A stretch of 64,000 nt of DNA from NCBI GenBank assembly GCA_964035575.1, contig OZ037838.1, positions 1,488,001 to 1,552,000 on the forward strand. Direction: 5' to 3'. Below are positions 11,299 to 23,112 of the stretch, one piece after another. Each line of letters starts with the position of its first letter. Position 1 is the first letter of the stretch. Source of the DNA: Rhynchopus sp. YZ270_cl-10. Lineage: Eukaryota. The translations under genes were made by a program, and so were the position numbers. The notes under the pieces are model-generated. The model searched no databases, had not been told where the DNA came from, and worked only from the letters and a program-made list of their open reading frames with translations.

Positions 11299-13401
11299 AT
11301 GCAGCAATCCGTCGACCCCTACGAGCTAGCAGTGCGGGAGAGCTCCGGGTCTTTCATTCCAAAGAGCATCCCCCCTCCTGCGTTCTTAGGGAAAGGGTTC
11401 GATTGTAAGGTACTTAGATTTTTGTATATTGCACTGCGCGTTACGAAGATGAGCTCACAACGACGGCCGTACCCTCGAATTTGGATTGTTACCCCAGCAT
11501 TTAGTGCGTTATGCCATGAAAATGGTTTGGTTTTACGTCTATTGAAGCTTGGAGACATAGAGAGAGTCTTTGTACAGGAGTTGACCGGACAACAGCTGGG
11601 GACAGTGCGGTTTATTATCAAAGCGAAGTCGCAGACGAACGACCCGACCCAAATCTTAGAACTGAATGAACAGGACAGCCCGAAGGAGTTGCTTCGTATA
11701 GTAGATGCACTACGACGCCCGCAGACCGATGGAGAGACCCTTCCTGTTACCACAGTGTTGCCTGATGAGGACGTATACTCAAACCAAGAGCGATATGGAG
11801 AGGTAAACCAGAGCAAACTATCTGCATACGTTAAGCCGCAACAGAAGGTATTGCAATGGGATAAGAGCGACGAGCCGGCCAGCGTTTTGAACAAACGGTG
11901 GCAAGCGGAGCAAGACACTTTACAAAAAAAGCAGAGTATCGAAGAAACCCCCGCACAACCAGCTCCGCTAGCTCCACCACGCAACCCTGCGTCGGAGGAT
12001 GTAGTCTCATTTGCTCCGGGGAATGCCCCGAATTTGAATGAAGCTCTGCAAACAGAGAGACGAGCAAGAGCAGAAGCGGAGCGCCGTGCAGACCGTGCAG
12101 AGGCAGCAGCGAACACCCTAGCACAACAGCTCACCACCGCGGCACAGACAGAGTCAACACAGCTTCGCGTCACCCATTTGAGAACAGAAGGCTTCGACTC
12201 CGCCATGACACCCTGCCACGTCTGCCAAGAACCCCTCGCCCCCTTCTGCGCGGTGACCGGTCTTGCACACAACCGTGGAGAGCTCATCCTCACCGTCTTC
12301 ACCTCCCGTCTCTCCCAACACGCTACGGCGGTAAGCCGCGGCGGGGCGGCGGAATACTCAACAGAATCATGGTCGCCCTATATCTTGGTCAGCGACCGAG
12401 ACATTTTATTCAGTGTAGTCTCCGGGGGCGTTCTCCTTGGCAAAACAGGAGTGCTCCTTCGCGATGCGCTACCCCCAGGGAGACATGAAACGCCTGCTTC
12501 GTTATGGGACCCCGGGGTGGTGGTGAAGCTGGACGGAAAAGGGGTAGGCCTGCTGCGTCTGCGTGCCGTAGAGGTGAAGGACAGAGTTAACAAACCAGAG
12601 GTCATGCGGTGCACGCCAAAGTCAGGGGATTGCCACGTTCTCTGTAAACTGCCCTGTGGAGAGCCGGTAGGGATTGTTGCTCGAGGTGAGAAGTTGGTGA
12701 TAGAGGAAAGAGTGGACCGGCAGCTGGAGGAGTGGGGGAGGGTGGAGGATAAGTGGGTGTTGATCCGGGATGTGTATGGGTTTCATTATATGACGACCAC
12801 CGCGAGGTCGTTGGAGGTGAAGACCATGGCCGCGGTATGTGCAGGGCTTGCTATCCTAACAGCAGCGTCTCATGCAGCCTCTCTTGGCCTTCGAAGCCTT
12901 TCTTCTGTTAACCAGCACATTACACATATGCAGCAGGACATCAACACCCTCGAACATAATACCCTTCTCAAGCAGACTGCGCTCGAGGCAGTGGAGGTTA
13001 CACTGCATCCAGGTCCGGTGTTGCCGGCATATCGGCACAACACTCCGACAGTGGTGCATGCTGCTATAGAGGAGATTGTGCCGGATGCGTATCCTTCTGT
13101 GCATCCGCTGGGGGGTGTGAAGCGGGAGGTGAAGAAGGTTGCACGGTTTGATGATGGAGAAGGGGGAGGTGGAGGAGGAGGGGCTGGTGTGGGGAGTGTG
13201 GGTGGTGGTGGTGGTGTTGACAGCGTCCACCCAGAGCTGCAGCGTCATGCAGCCTGGGAGCGTGCGCAAAGCCTGCGAACGTCGCATCGAGGAGAACCCG
13301 ATACCATCTTCGTGACAGTGACCAATGTCGATGCGGCGCCGTCCCCAACATTTGCCTCACTGCACACAGGAGATGCGTTTACACCGTATACCCCGGTATG
13401 A
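11299..13401 (+). CDS. Hypothetical multidomain protein (~700 aa): PH-like N-terminus, coiled coil, small Zn knuckle, possible C2- and SH3-like segments
   Basis: Long intact ORF. RVTKMSSQRRPYPRIWIVTP..LRLLKLGDIERV resembles a PH-like fold; ERRARAEAERRADRAE is coiled-coil-like; CHVC..PFCAVTGLAH is a Zn-knuckle motif. Domain calls are by eye. Confidence 0.75.
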   Translation: MQQSVDPYELAVRESSGSFIPKSIPPPAFLGKGFDCKVLRFLYIALRVTKMSSQRRPYPRIWIVTPAFSALCHENGLVLRLLKLGDIERVFVQELTGQQLGTVRFIIKAKSQTNDPTQILELNEQDSPKELLRIVDALRRPQTDGETLPVTTVLPDEDVYSNQERYGEVNQSKLSAYVKPQQKVLQWDKSDEPASVLNKRWQAEQDTLQKKQSIEETPAQPAPLAPPRNPASEDVVSFAPGNAPNLNEALQTERRARAEAERRADRAEAAANTLAQQLTTAAQTESTQLRVTHLRTEGFDSAMTPCHVCQEPLAPFCAVTGLAHNRGELILTVFTSRLSQHATAVSRGGAAEYSTESWSPYILVSDRDILFSVVSGGVLLGKTGVLLRDALPPGRHETPASLWDPGVVVKLDGKGVGLLRLRAVEVKDRVNKPEVMRCTPKSGDCHVLCKLPCGEPVGIVARGEKLVIEERVDRQLEEWGRVEDKWVLIRDVYGFHYMTTTARSLEVKTMAAVCAGLAILTAASHAASLGLRSLSSVNQHITHMQQDINTLEHNTLLKQTALEAVEVTLHPGPVLPAYRHNTPTVVHAAIEEIVPDAYPSVHPLGGVKREVKKVARFDDGEGGGGGGGAGVGSVGGGGGVDSVHPELQRHAAWERAQSLRTSHRGEPDTIFVTVTNVDAAPSPTFASLHTGDAFTPYTPV

Positions 13402-13434
13402 ATTTTTTTTTGTTGTGTTGTGAATTATTTTTGA

Positions 13435-13570
13435 AAATTGAAAACCGTACATTCCTTTATGTTTTTCCCCACCCCGCAATAAAGCAATAACAAACCCGCC
13501 CCAGAAAACAGAAAAAGGAAGGGAGGGTATACGGTGTTCAATTTCCTTTTAGCATTGCATGTAGTCATAA
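13435..13570 (-). repeat. Dispersed repeat, with an inverted partner at ~43057-43256
   Basis: Reverse complement tatgactacatgcaatgctaaaaggaaattgaacaccgta...ttctggggcggg matches 43057 onward. Confidence 0.7.
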
Positions 13571-14153
13571 AAATAAAATACATAAATTTCTCTCTCTCAG
13601 ATTGGATCGAATATCTACCAGAGCAGTGTCGCAGTTCCGTCGCCAATGGATCGTGTTATGTTTTCTTTATGAGGGTTGCTTTTTCCTGATGTGTATTTTT
13701 CTTTTTTTGAAAATTCCCTGTCTAGGGCGGTGCTGATCTCTTCTTTCACACGATCAAAAAACTGTACTTTTATGTTTTGCGAATGTTCTTCGATTCGTTG
13801 TGGGGTTTTGTGGTTCTGTCCTCGGAAGGATGTGCCTTTTGCCCATCAACCGTAGGGTCCCAGAACAGCCCATGTATTTTTTTTAGATTATTGCGGGGCT
13901 ATTTTCTACCCCTTTGTGAGACTAGAAAATACGAGGTTAAAATCACGGCCAAAATAAACCGTAAAAATAGAAAGCCGTAACCGACACCATGATCAAAAAA
14001 AAAAAGAAAAATAAATTTTGTCTATTAGGTGTCAAGTGAAGTGGTCACAAGCCTCCGTGAGTTCGATGTAACCATGACAACCTTTCCGTTTCATCTCCAC
14101 TCTATTTTTTTTGGGACTTCCATCCAACCACAACACAGGTAACAGAAAAAAAC

Positions 14154-15710
14154 ATGTTAAGACCCATTGTATGCTGTATGCTGCTGGTAGGTGCAGCTGC
14201 ACAAACTCCGGTGTGCAACATGACAGACCCCGTCCAGCATCTGATGTGCAACGACGCTAACGCAGGTGCGCTGTGGTTGGGTGAGCTGATTGACGACAGG
14301 CACAACGCACAGTTCACATACTCGCGGGAGGAGCTGCGTGCGATTGCGGCACACTTCCCTTCCGAGGGTGTGAGCCGTGGACGGCAGAGCAATGCACGTC
14401 AGGCAGCACTCCTGACAACGATCCTGCAGATGACGGAGGTGCTGCTCGCCATGACGGCTTCTCTCCCTCAGCCACTCTCTGCTTGGCAGGAACGCCGTGC
14501 GGCACAGCTCAGCTCCATCCACGCGAGGTTCCTCACCCGCCAGCAGGCCTACCTCGCCGACCCGACGAAGCCCCTCATCAACGTCATCCCAAAATGGTAT
14601 CATGGCTACTACGACAACGTGGAGAAGTCCCTCCAGAACAAGGCAGTCACACCCGATATGCAGCCAAGCGGACGCAACTTTAGTTCAATTTGGATCGACC
14701 ACAAGCCCGGGGAGTTTTACGGACCTGTCTGGACTTCTTACGACAGCGGCATTGAGAGCAGGGAGATGAGAAATAGCTACTACGCTTCAGCTGGTGACGG
14801 GAACATGTCTTCATGGTACATGGCGTTCCTGCCAACACCTGCACTGCCGTTGTTCACAGATGACGGCAAGTTGAATGCTGTGGAGTGGGTGTATGGCAGC
14901 GAGACGGAGCTTGCGAACCTGACGGCCATGGCACACAAACACCTCACCTCAGCAGAGGCAGCGGCCATGCTCAGCACTGCCATCAGCTCGCAGGAAGCAC
15001 GCCTCCAGGACGTTGTCACCAAGCTTGCACGTGTCTACAGTGCAGACAGGGCAAACCTCATTGCTGCGGTGACGCTGCTGCCACAGTGGGCGCAGTACAC
15101 TAGACTCGAGTACGGGTTCATCCCAGGGTTTAACTGGTGTTCGGCGAAGGTGTGTTTGCAGGGAGCGGACTCAGCGGAGAACATGGCTGTGGCGGTGAGC
15201 TCGCTGCCGAAGGGCACAATTCTGCAGACGTGGGGTAACGGAGATGAGATCTCCAGCATATTGCCTAAGTTTTTGATTGTTGTGGAGGCTGCAGCGGACG
15301 GTGCACTGCCTGTCGTGGTTGACGTGGAGCTGGACATTTCATTCATTACCCCAGGAAAGTATCCTGTGTACGAGCCACTGCGGAGACGCATCTCACGCAC
15401 TGCATACGAGAACAACGCAACCACGTTCCTGCTCTCAAACTTTGCCCACAGGCGCCATGTTTTCGAGACATTTGGCGTGTCAACTGTGCAGGTCTTCGGC
15501 ACAGTGGACCCCTCTGTCGACATCTCAAAGGTGCCCGATGTCTACAAGGTGATGGCAGATGGCCTCTGGGAGGACAGAACCCCTGTGTTCCCCTATGAGT
15601 ACTGGAGCAACGACTGCGGCGGCGCCTTCTGCCAGGGTGTATGCGAGTACGGCGATGAGGGGCCAGACAGCTATTGTGTGTTCGTACCCTGGGTGTACCC
15701 AAAACTGTAG
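14154..15710 (+). CDS. Secreted variable-patch family protein, copy S1 (518 aa), function unknown
   Basis: Signal peptide MLRPIVCCMLLVGAAAQ, several N-x-S/T sequons, Cys-rich C-terminal module, no evident TM helix or GPI signal. Confidence 0.85.
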   Translation: MLRPIVCCMLLVGAAAQTPVCNMTDPVQHLMCNDANAGALWLGELIDDRHNAQFTYSREELRAIAAHFPSEGVSRGRQSNARQAALLTTILQMTEVLLAMTASLPQPLSAWQERRAAQLSSIHARFLTRQQAYLADPTKPLINVIPKWYHGYYDNVEKSLQNKAVTPDMQPSGRNFSSIWIDHKPGEFYGPVWTSYDSGIESREMRNSYYASAGDGNMSSWYMAFLPTPALPLFTDDGKLNAVEWVYGSETELANLTAMAHKHLTSAEAAAMLSTAISSQEARLQDVVTKLARVYSADRANLIAAVTLLPQWAQYTRLEYGFIPGFNWCSAKVCLQGADSAENMAVAVSSLPKGTILQTWGNGDEISSILPKFLIVVEAAADGALPVVVDVELDISFITPGKYPVYEPLRRRISRTAYENNATTFLLSNFAHRRHVFETFGVSTVQVFGTVDPSVDISKVPDVYKVMADGLWEDRTPVFPYEYWSNDCGGAFCQGVCEYGDEGPDSYCVFVPWVYPKL

Positions 15711-16039
15711 CTCGTTTTGTAGGGAAGCTTCGCTTGACCCATTCTTTAGCCTTTCTATAACCTTTCTATAGGCTATGTGGTGATATGTGTCGGAGGAAGT
15801 GAAGATCATTAACTTTATGACAGGCACATTGTCTTACATTTTGAGATCCGTTGTGTCACTATTGTTTCAACTTTGGTGTCTTGTTCTGTTTCTCAGTGTC
15901 CTTGAGGATAAGTGAGCATGACTCATATTTTGTTTGTATCTGTGCGTTATTCCTGTCAAGTTGAACGACGGGTAGACGTCATCAGAAATGTATTTTTTAA
16001 ATCTTTCAGAGTTGACCCCCAAAATACGGGTTGTCTTCC

Positions 16040-16500
16040 TTCTGTGTGCGTTCACCTCCCTTTCATTAGTGTTTCGACCATGTTTACTGTTTTTCTCAAC
16101 TCTTGTTCCCCTCTGCTCTGTTCTCCTGGTCGTCCTTCCATGTACAGCGAAGGTACCGAGAGGCACCTCAGCTCCTTGGGAAGACGGCTGGCGATGAGAC
16201 AAAGATGCACCACCACCCTCCCCCTTTCTCACAGTTTACTGGCAAAGCAATGTTCCTGGTTGGCCCCTCGAGGGTACGTACAAGGTAGGTGTGCACAGCT
16301 TCAGTAAATAGTGAATGAGCAAAACACATTTTATTTTGGCGACCGATGTCCTAAATGTTTTCCTAAAAGCGGCGCCGGTTCTTCGCCTTTGCATTATGAG
16401 ACTGTCGCAAATTTATTATCAAAAAAGCTAGTCATTTCTTGTTCTCTGGAAAATACCCCATCTACCGTAGGAGTCGCAAACCTCCGCGGTTACTATGCTT
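16040..16500 (+). repeat. Intergenic duplication within the secreted array, paired with ~18620-19100
   Basis: Near-identical tgtgcgttcacctccctttcattagtg...gtgaatgagcaaaacacattttattttggcgac block in both spacers. Confidence 0.85.
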
Positions 16501-16597
16501 TATACCTACTTCTTTTCTTCAACTTCCGTTGGGAATTCCCCCATTACAAAGCATGTCCCACCCGCCCACTGACAAAACAGACCAAATCTACAAAAAC

Positions 16598-18136
16598 ATG
16601 TTAAGACCCATTGTATGCTGTACGCTGCTGGTCGGTGCAGCTGCACAAAATGCGGTGTACTGCAACATGACAGACCCCGTCCAGCATCTGATGTGCAACG
16701 ACGCTAACGCAGGTGCGCTGTGGTTGGGTGAGCTGATTGACGACAGGCACAACGCACAGTTCACATACTCGCGGGAGGAGCTGCGTGCGATTGCGGCACA
16801 CTTCCCTTCCGAGGGTGTGAGCCGTGGACGGCAGAGCAATGCACGTCAGGCAGCACTCCTGACAACGATCCTGCAGATGACGGAGGTGCTGCTCGCCATG
16901 ACGGCTTCTCTCCCTCAGCCACTCTCTGCTTGGCAGGAACGCCGTGCGGCACAGCTCAGCTCCATCCACACGAGGTTCCTCACCCGCCAGCAGGCCTACC
17001 TCGCCGACCCGACGAAGCCCCTCATCAACGTCATCCCAAAATGGTATCATGGCTATTACGACAACGTGGAGAAGTCCCTCCAGAACAAGGCAGTCACGCC
17101 CGATACGCTGCCACACTACAACTTTAGTGACATCTGGATCGACCACAAGCCTGGGGAGAATTACGGACCGTTCTGGACTTCTTACGACAGCGGCATTGAG
17201 AGCAGGGAGATGACCAACAGTTGGTACACTTCCGGGAACATGTCTTCGTGGTACATGGCGTTCCTGCCAACACCTGCACTGCCGTTGTTCACAGATGACG
17301 GCAAGCTGAATGCTGTGGAGTGGGTGTATGGCAGCGAGACGGAGCTTGCGAACCTGACGGCCATGGCACACAAACACCTCACCTCAGCAGAGGCAGCGGC
17401 CATGCTCAGCACTGCCATCAGCTCGCAGGAAGCACGCCTCCAGGACGTTGTCACCAAGCTTGCACGTGTCTACAGTGCAGACAGGGCAAACCTCATTGCT
17501 GCGGTGACGCTGCTGCCACAGTGGGCGCAGTACACTGTGCTCGACTATGGGTTCACCCCAGGGTTTAACTGGTGTTCGGCGAAGGTGTGTTTGCAGGGAG
17601 CGGACTCAGCGGAGAACATGGCTGTGGCGGTGAGCTCGCTGCCGAAGGGCACAATTCTGCAGACATGGGGTTACAGTGATGAGATCCAGAGTAGGATGCC
17701 AAAGTTTTTGATTGTGGTGGAGGCTGCAGCGGACGGTGCACTGCCTGTCGTGGTTGATGTGGAGCTGGACATTTCACCCGATTTCCCAGGAAAGTATCCT
17801 GTGTACGAGCCACTGCGGAGACGCATCTCACGCACTGCACCCGAGAACAACGCTACCACATACAGACTCGACAACCTGGGTTTCCGGTCTACGTTCACGA
17901 CATTTGGCGTGTCAACTGTGCAGGTCTTCGGCACAGTGGACCCCTCTGTCGACATCTCAAAGGTGCCCGATGTCTACAAGGTGATGGCAGATGGCCTCTG
18001 GGAGGACAGAACCCCTGTGTTCCCCTATGAGTACTGGAGCAACGACTGCGGCGGCGCCTTCTGTCTGGATATGTGCAACAACCAGGGTCCAGTGATATTT
18101 TGTGCCTTCACGGAGAAAACCTTCCCGAAGGCTTAG
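16598..18136 (+). CDS. Secreted variable-patch family protein, copy S2 (512 aa)
   Basis: Intact paralog of S1; ATG placed by homology (aaaaacATGttaagaccc). Confidence 0.85.
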   Translation: MLRPIVCCTLLVGAAAQNAVYCNMTDPVQHLMCNDANAGALWLGELIDDRHNAQFTYSREELRAIAAHFPSEGVSRGRQSNARQAALLTTILQMTEVLLAMTASLPQPLSAWQERRAAQLSSIHTRFLTRQQAYLADPTKPLINVIPKWYHGYYDNVEKSLQNKAVTPDTLPHYNFSDIWIDHKPGENYGPFWTSYDSGIESREMTNSWYTSGNMSSWYMAFLPTPALPLFTDDGKLNAVEWVYGSETELANLTAMAHKHLTSAEAAAMLSTAISSQEARLQDVVTKLARVYSADRANLIAAVTLLPQWAQYTVLDYGFTPGFNWCSAKVCLQGADSAENMAVAVSSLPKGTILQTWGYSDEIQSRMPKFLIVVEAAADGALPVVVDVELDISPDFPGKYPVYEPLRRRISRTAPENNATTYRLDNLGFRSTFTTFGVSTVQVFGTVDPSVDISKVPDVYKVMADGLWEDRTPVFPYEYWSNDCGGAFCLDMCNNQGPVIFCAFTEKTFPKA

Positions 18137-19154
18137 TTTGGTTGTTCTAGTAATCATTCTGTTCTTTTTACTTAAAATCCTTACCGCGACAACGCTAGCG
18201 ATGAAGGTGATTTAGCACTGAGAGGTTGGTGTCAACAGTGAACCACATGTTCACCTGAACTACAGACAGATGTGTCGCATGCAACAGACACACCTGCATA
18301 TTACACCCCCCTTTTGTTTGTTTCTGTGTTTACCTATTTTATTTGTCGATCTTTGCATCTATTTTCATTGTTCAGGGAAATTTTCGTGCCACAATTCTGT
18401 TGTGCTTGGCACTTTGCGTCCTTTTTTTATGAAATAAAGGACAGCAACGAGCGTCCATACGTACAGTTGGCTCCTGTCAAGGTAACTGCAATGTTGGGAT
18501 GGCAATGCTATTTCCACCCACAACCACTTTGCTTTTTTGTGTTTTATCCCCGGTCTGACATCATACAGATGTAAAGCAGGAAATGCCTGTAGCGATAGCT
18601 ACTATATTGTACCTTCTTTCTGTGCGTTCACCTCCCTTTCATTAGTGTTTCGACCATGTTTACTGTTTTTCTCAACTCTTGTTCCCCTCTGCTCTGTTCT
18701 CCTGGTCGTCCTTCCATGTACAGCGAAGGTACCGAGAGGCACCTCAGCTCCTTGGGAAGACGGCTGGCGATGAGACAAAGATGCACCACCACCCTCCCCC
18801 TTTCTCACAGTTTACTGGCAAAGCAATGTTCCTGGTTGGCCCCTCGAGGGTACGTACAAGGTAGGTGTGCATCGCTTCAGTAAATAGTGAATGAGCAAAA
18901 CACATTTTATTTTGGCGACGGATGTACTAAATGTTTTCCCCAAAACATTGCGCCGGTTCTTCGCCTTTCCATCATGAGGCATAATGTTCTCAAACGAAGC
19001 ACCACAAATTTTATTATCGAAAAAGCTAGTTCTTTCTTGTTCTCTGGAAAACACCTCATCTACCGTAGGTGTCACAAACCCTATGCTTTCTGACTTCTTT
19101 TCTTCAACTTCCTTTGGGACTTCCAGCCAACCACAACACAGATAACAGCAAAAC

Positions 19155-20707
19155 ATGTTAAAACCCATTGTATGCTGTATGCTGCTGGTCGGTGCAGCTG
19201 CACAAAATGCGGTGTACTGCAACATGACAGACCCCGTCCAGCATCTGATGTGCAACGACGCTAACGCAGGTGCGCTGTGGTTGGGTGAGCTGATTGACGA
19301 CAGGCACAACGCACAGTTCACATACTCGCGGGAGGAGCTGCGTGCGATTGCGGCACACTTCCCTTCCGAGGGTGTGAGCCGTGGACGGCAGAGCAATGCA
19401 CGTCAGGCAGCACTCCTGACAACGATCCTGCAGATGACGGAGGTGCTGCTCGCCATGACGGCTTCTCTCCCTCAGCCACTCTCTGCTTGGCAGGAACGCC
19501 GTGCGGCACGCTCAGCTCCATCCACACGAGGTTCCTCACCCGCCAGCAGGCCTACCTCGCCGACCCGACGAAGCCCCTCATCAACGTCATTCCAAAATGG
19601 TATCATGGCTATTACGACAACGTGGAGAAGTCCCTTCAGAACAAGGCAGTCACGCCCGATATGCAGCCAAGCGGACGCAACTTTAGTGACATCTGGATCG
19701 ACCACAAGCCTGGGGAGAATTACGGACCGTTCTGGACTTCTTACGACAGTGGCATTGAGAGCAGGGAGATGACCAACAGTTTTTACCCTTCAGCTGGTGA
19801 CGGGAACATGTCGTCATGGTACATGGCGTTCCTGCCAACACCTGCACTGCCGTTGTTCACAGATGACGGCAAGTTGAATGCTGTGGAGTGGGTGTATGGC
19901 AGCGAGACGGAGCTTGCGAACCTGACGGCCATGGCACACAAACACCTCACCTCAGCAGAGGCAGCGGCCATGCTCAGCACTGCCATCAGCTCGCAGGAAG
20001 CACGCCTCCAGGACGTTGTCACCAAGCTTGCACGTGTCTACAGTGCAGACAGGGCAAACCTCATTGCTGCGGTGACGCTGCTGCCACAGTGGGCACAGTA
20101 CACTGTGCTCGACTATGGGTTCACCCCAGGGTTTAACTGGTGTTCGGCGAAGGTGTGTTTGCAGGGAGCGGACTCAGCGGAGAACATGGCTGTGGCGGTG
20201 AGCTCGCTGCCGAAGGGCACAATTCTGCAGACGTGGGGTTACAGTGATGAGATCCAGAGCAGGATGCCAAAGTTTTTGATTGTGGTGGAGGCTGCAGCGG
20301 ACGGTGCACTGCCTGTCGTGGTTGACGTGGAGCTGGACATTTCATCCGATTTTCCAGGAAAGTATCCTGTGTACGAGCCACTGCGGAGACGCATCTCACG
20401 CACTGCATACAACAACAACGCAACCACGTTCCTGCTCGCAAACCTCGTTGCGAGGTCCTCCTTGTTCACGACATTTGGCGTGTCAACTGTGCAGGTCTTC
20501 GGCACAGTGGACCCCTCTGTCGACATCTCAAAGGTGCCCGATGTCTACAAGGTGATGGCAGATGGCCTCTGGGAGGACAGAACCCCTGTGTTCCCCTATG
20601 AGTACTGGAGCAACGACTGTGGCGGCGCCTTCTGTCTGGATATGTGCAACAACCAGGGACCACAGACGCATTGTGCCTTCCTGAACCGGTACTACCCAAA
20701 GCCATAG
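19155..20707 (+). pseudogene. Secreted family copy S3, frameshifted by a 1-bp deletion after 19509
   Basis: gcggcacgctcagc versus gcggcacagctcagc in intact copies; ORF is split into 19155-19772 and 19487-20707. Confidence 0.8.
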
Positions 20708-21558
20708 TTGGCTGTTGTTATCCTGAAGTTGTTCTCCATGATTGCTTGCGTAGCATTGCTTTGTGTCTGTGTTTGTGTTGTTGCTTGTTTTGTTTCTGAA
20801 TGATTTGATTTTTATTGCGCAGTGGGGTGGGACGTACTCTCCAAAGTTGTGCACCTTTGTGTGTCTGTCAAAGAGGGCATATGAAAGCAGCTGTGCTGGG
20901 TTGCATATTCTGCTCGTCTTCGTCATTGATTGTAGAGGTGTCATCAATAAACTATATTCTTTTTCAATTCTGATAATTTTGCTTTTTTCAATCATATTTT
21001 CTTTGTGCGTTTGACCCTCCCTTTCAATATGATTCGAATATGATTCACTGTTTTTCTCATCTCGTGTACCCTCTGCCCAGTTAGCATAGCTTCAGTAAAT
21101 ACTAAAGCAAAACTGATTCGATTTTCCACAACCTTCCTTCACCCCCCCCCCCCCTGTAAGGGCATCCGAAGGTGAAGTAAGGTATAGTATTGAAATCGCT
21201 GTGGTGGGTGGTAAGGGTCAATTTTTACAAATACATCATGATATCACAAATAATTCTTGTCGCATCTCGGTGGGTAGGGGAGTAGTTGCACTGTCCCTTC
21301 AGGGTTCATTGGAACTGCATTTCTTGAAAGAGACCTTAAGCGAAACCTCCTATCAGCCTTTGAGATAGACAATATGTTATTCCGATATTTCCCCCCCCCC
21401 CCCTTTTTACGTACATAGAAGTTTCGACAAAAAAGCGAAACACCGGTAATTATCATCAAAAAAGGAAAGGAATGGAATAGAAGACAAACAATGTGCTTTT
21501 TGTTTTCCTTCCTGGGTCCCACCCTCCCACTGACAAAACAGACAAAATCTACAAAAGT

Positions 21559-23112
21559 ATGTTAAAACCCATTATATGCTGTATGCTGCTGGTCGGTGCA
21601 GCTGCACAAAATGCGGTGTACTGCAACATGACAGACCCCGTCCAGCATCTGATGTGCAACGACGCTAACGCAGGTGCGCTGTGGTTGGGTGAGCTGATTG
21701 ACGACAGGCACAACGCACAGTTCACATACTCGCGGGAGGAGCTGCGTGCGATTGCGGCACACTTCCCTTCTGAGGGTGTGAGCCGTGGACGGCAGAGCAA
21801 TGCACGTCAGGCAGCACTCCTGACAACGATCCTGCAGATGACGGAGGTGCTGCTCGCCATGACGGCTTCTCTCCCTCAGCCACTCTCTGCTTGGCAGGAA
21901 CGCCGTGCGGCACAGCTCAGCTCCATCCACACGAGGTTCCTCACCCGCCAGCAGGCCTACCTCGCCGACCCGACGAAGCCCCTCATCAACGTCATTCCAA
22001 AATGGTATCATGGCTACTACGACAACGTGGAGAAGTCCCTTCAGAGCAAGGCAGTCACACCCGATGTGCAGCCAAGCGGACGCAACTTTAGTTCAATTTG
22101 GATCGACCACAAGCCGGGCCAGTATTACGGACCTGTCTGGACTTCTTACGACAGTGGCATTGAGAGCAGGGAGATGACCAACAGTTTTTACCCCTCTGTT
22201 GGTGACGGGAACATGTCTTCATGGTACATGGCGTTCTTGCCAACACCTGCACTGCCGTTGTTCACAGATGACGGCAAGCTGAATGCTGTGGAGTGGGTGT
22301 ATGGCAGCGAGACGGAGCTTGCGAACCTGACGGCCATGGCACACAAACACCTCACCTCAGCAGAGGCAGCGGCCATGCTCAGCACTGCCATCAGCTCGCA
22401 GGAAGCACGCCTCCAGGACGTTGTCACCAAGCTTGCACGTGTCTACAGTGCAGACAGGGCAAACCTCATTGCTGCGGTGACGCTGCTGCCACAGTGGGCG
22501 CAGTACACTGTGCTCGACTATGGGTTCACCCCAGGGTTTAACTGGTGTTCGGCGAAGGTGTGTTTGCAGGGGGCGGACTCAGCGGAGAACATGGCTGTGG
22601 CGGTGAGCTCGCTGCCGAATGGCACAATTCTGCAGACGTGGGGTTACAGTGATGAGATCCAGAGCAGGATGCCAAAGTTTTTGATTGTTGTGGAGGCTGC
22701 AGCGGACGGTGCACTGCCTGTCGTGGTTGATGTGGAGCTGGACATTTCATCCGATTTTCCAGGAAAGTCTCCTGTGTACGAGCCACTGCGGAGACGCATC
22801 TCACGCACTGCATACGAGAACAACGCAACCACGTTCCTGCTCTCAAACTTCGCTGTCAGGTCTTACTCGTTCACGACATTTGGCGTGTCCACTGTGCAGG
22901 TCTTCGGCACAGTGGACCCCTCTGTCGACATCTCAAAGGTGCCCGATGTCTACAAGGTGATGGCAGATGGCCTCTGGGAGGACAGAACCCCTGTGTTCCC
23001 CTATGAGTACTGGAGCAACGACTGCGGCGGCGCCTTCTGTCTGGATATGTGCAACAACCAGGGTCCAGTGATATTTTGTGCCTTCCAGAACCGGTACTAC
23101 CCAAAGCCTTAG
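21559..23112 (+). CDS. Secreted variable-patch family protein, copy S4 (517 aa)
   Basis: Intact paralog with signal peptide MLKPIICCMLLVGAAAQ. Confidence 0.85.
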   Translation: MLKPIICCMLLVGAAAQNAVYCNMTDPVQHLMCNDANAGALWLGELIDDRHNAQFTYSREELRAIAAHFPSEGVSRGRQSNARQAALLTTILQMTEVLLAMTASLPQPLSAWQERRAAQLSSIHTRFLTRQQAYLADPTKPLINVIPKWYHGYYDNVEKSLQSKAVTPDVQPSGRNFSSIWIDHKPGQYYGPVWTSYDSGIESREMTNSFYPSVGDGNMSSWYMAFLPTPALPLFTDDGKLNAVEWVYGSETELANLTAMAHKHLTSAEAAAMLSTAISSQEARLQDVVTKLARVYSADRANLIAAVTLLPQWAQYTVLDYGFTPGFNWCSAKVCLQGADSAENMAVAVSSLPNGTILQTWGYSDEIQSRMPKFLIVVEAAADGALPVVVDVELDISSDFPGKSPVYEPLRRRISRTAYENNATTFLLSNFAVRSYSFTTFGVSTVQVFGTVDPSVDISKVPDVYKVMADGLWEDRTPVFPYEYWSNDCGGAFCLDMCNNQGPVIFCAFQNRYYPKP

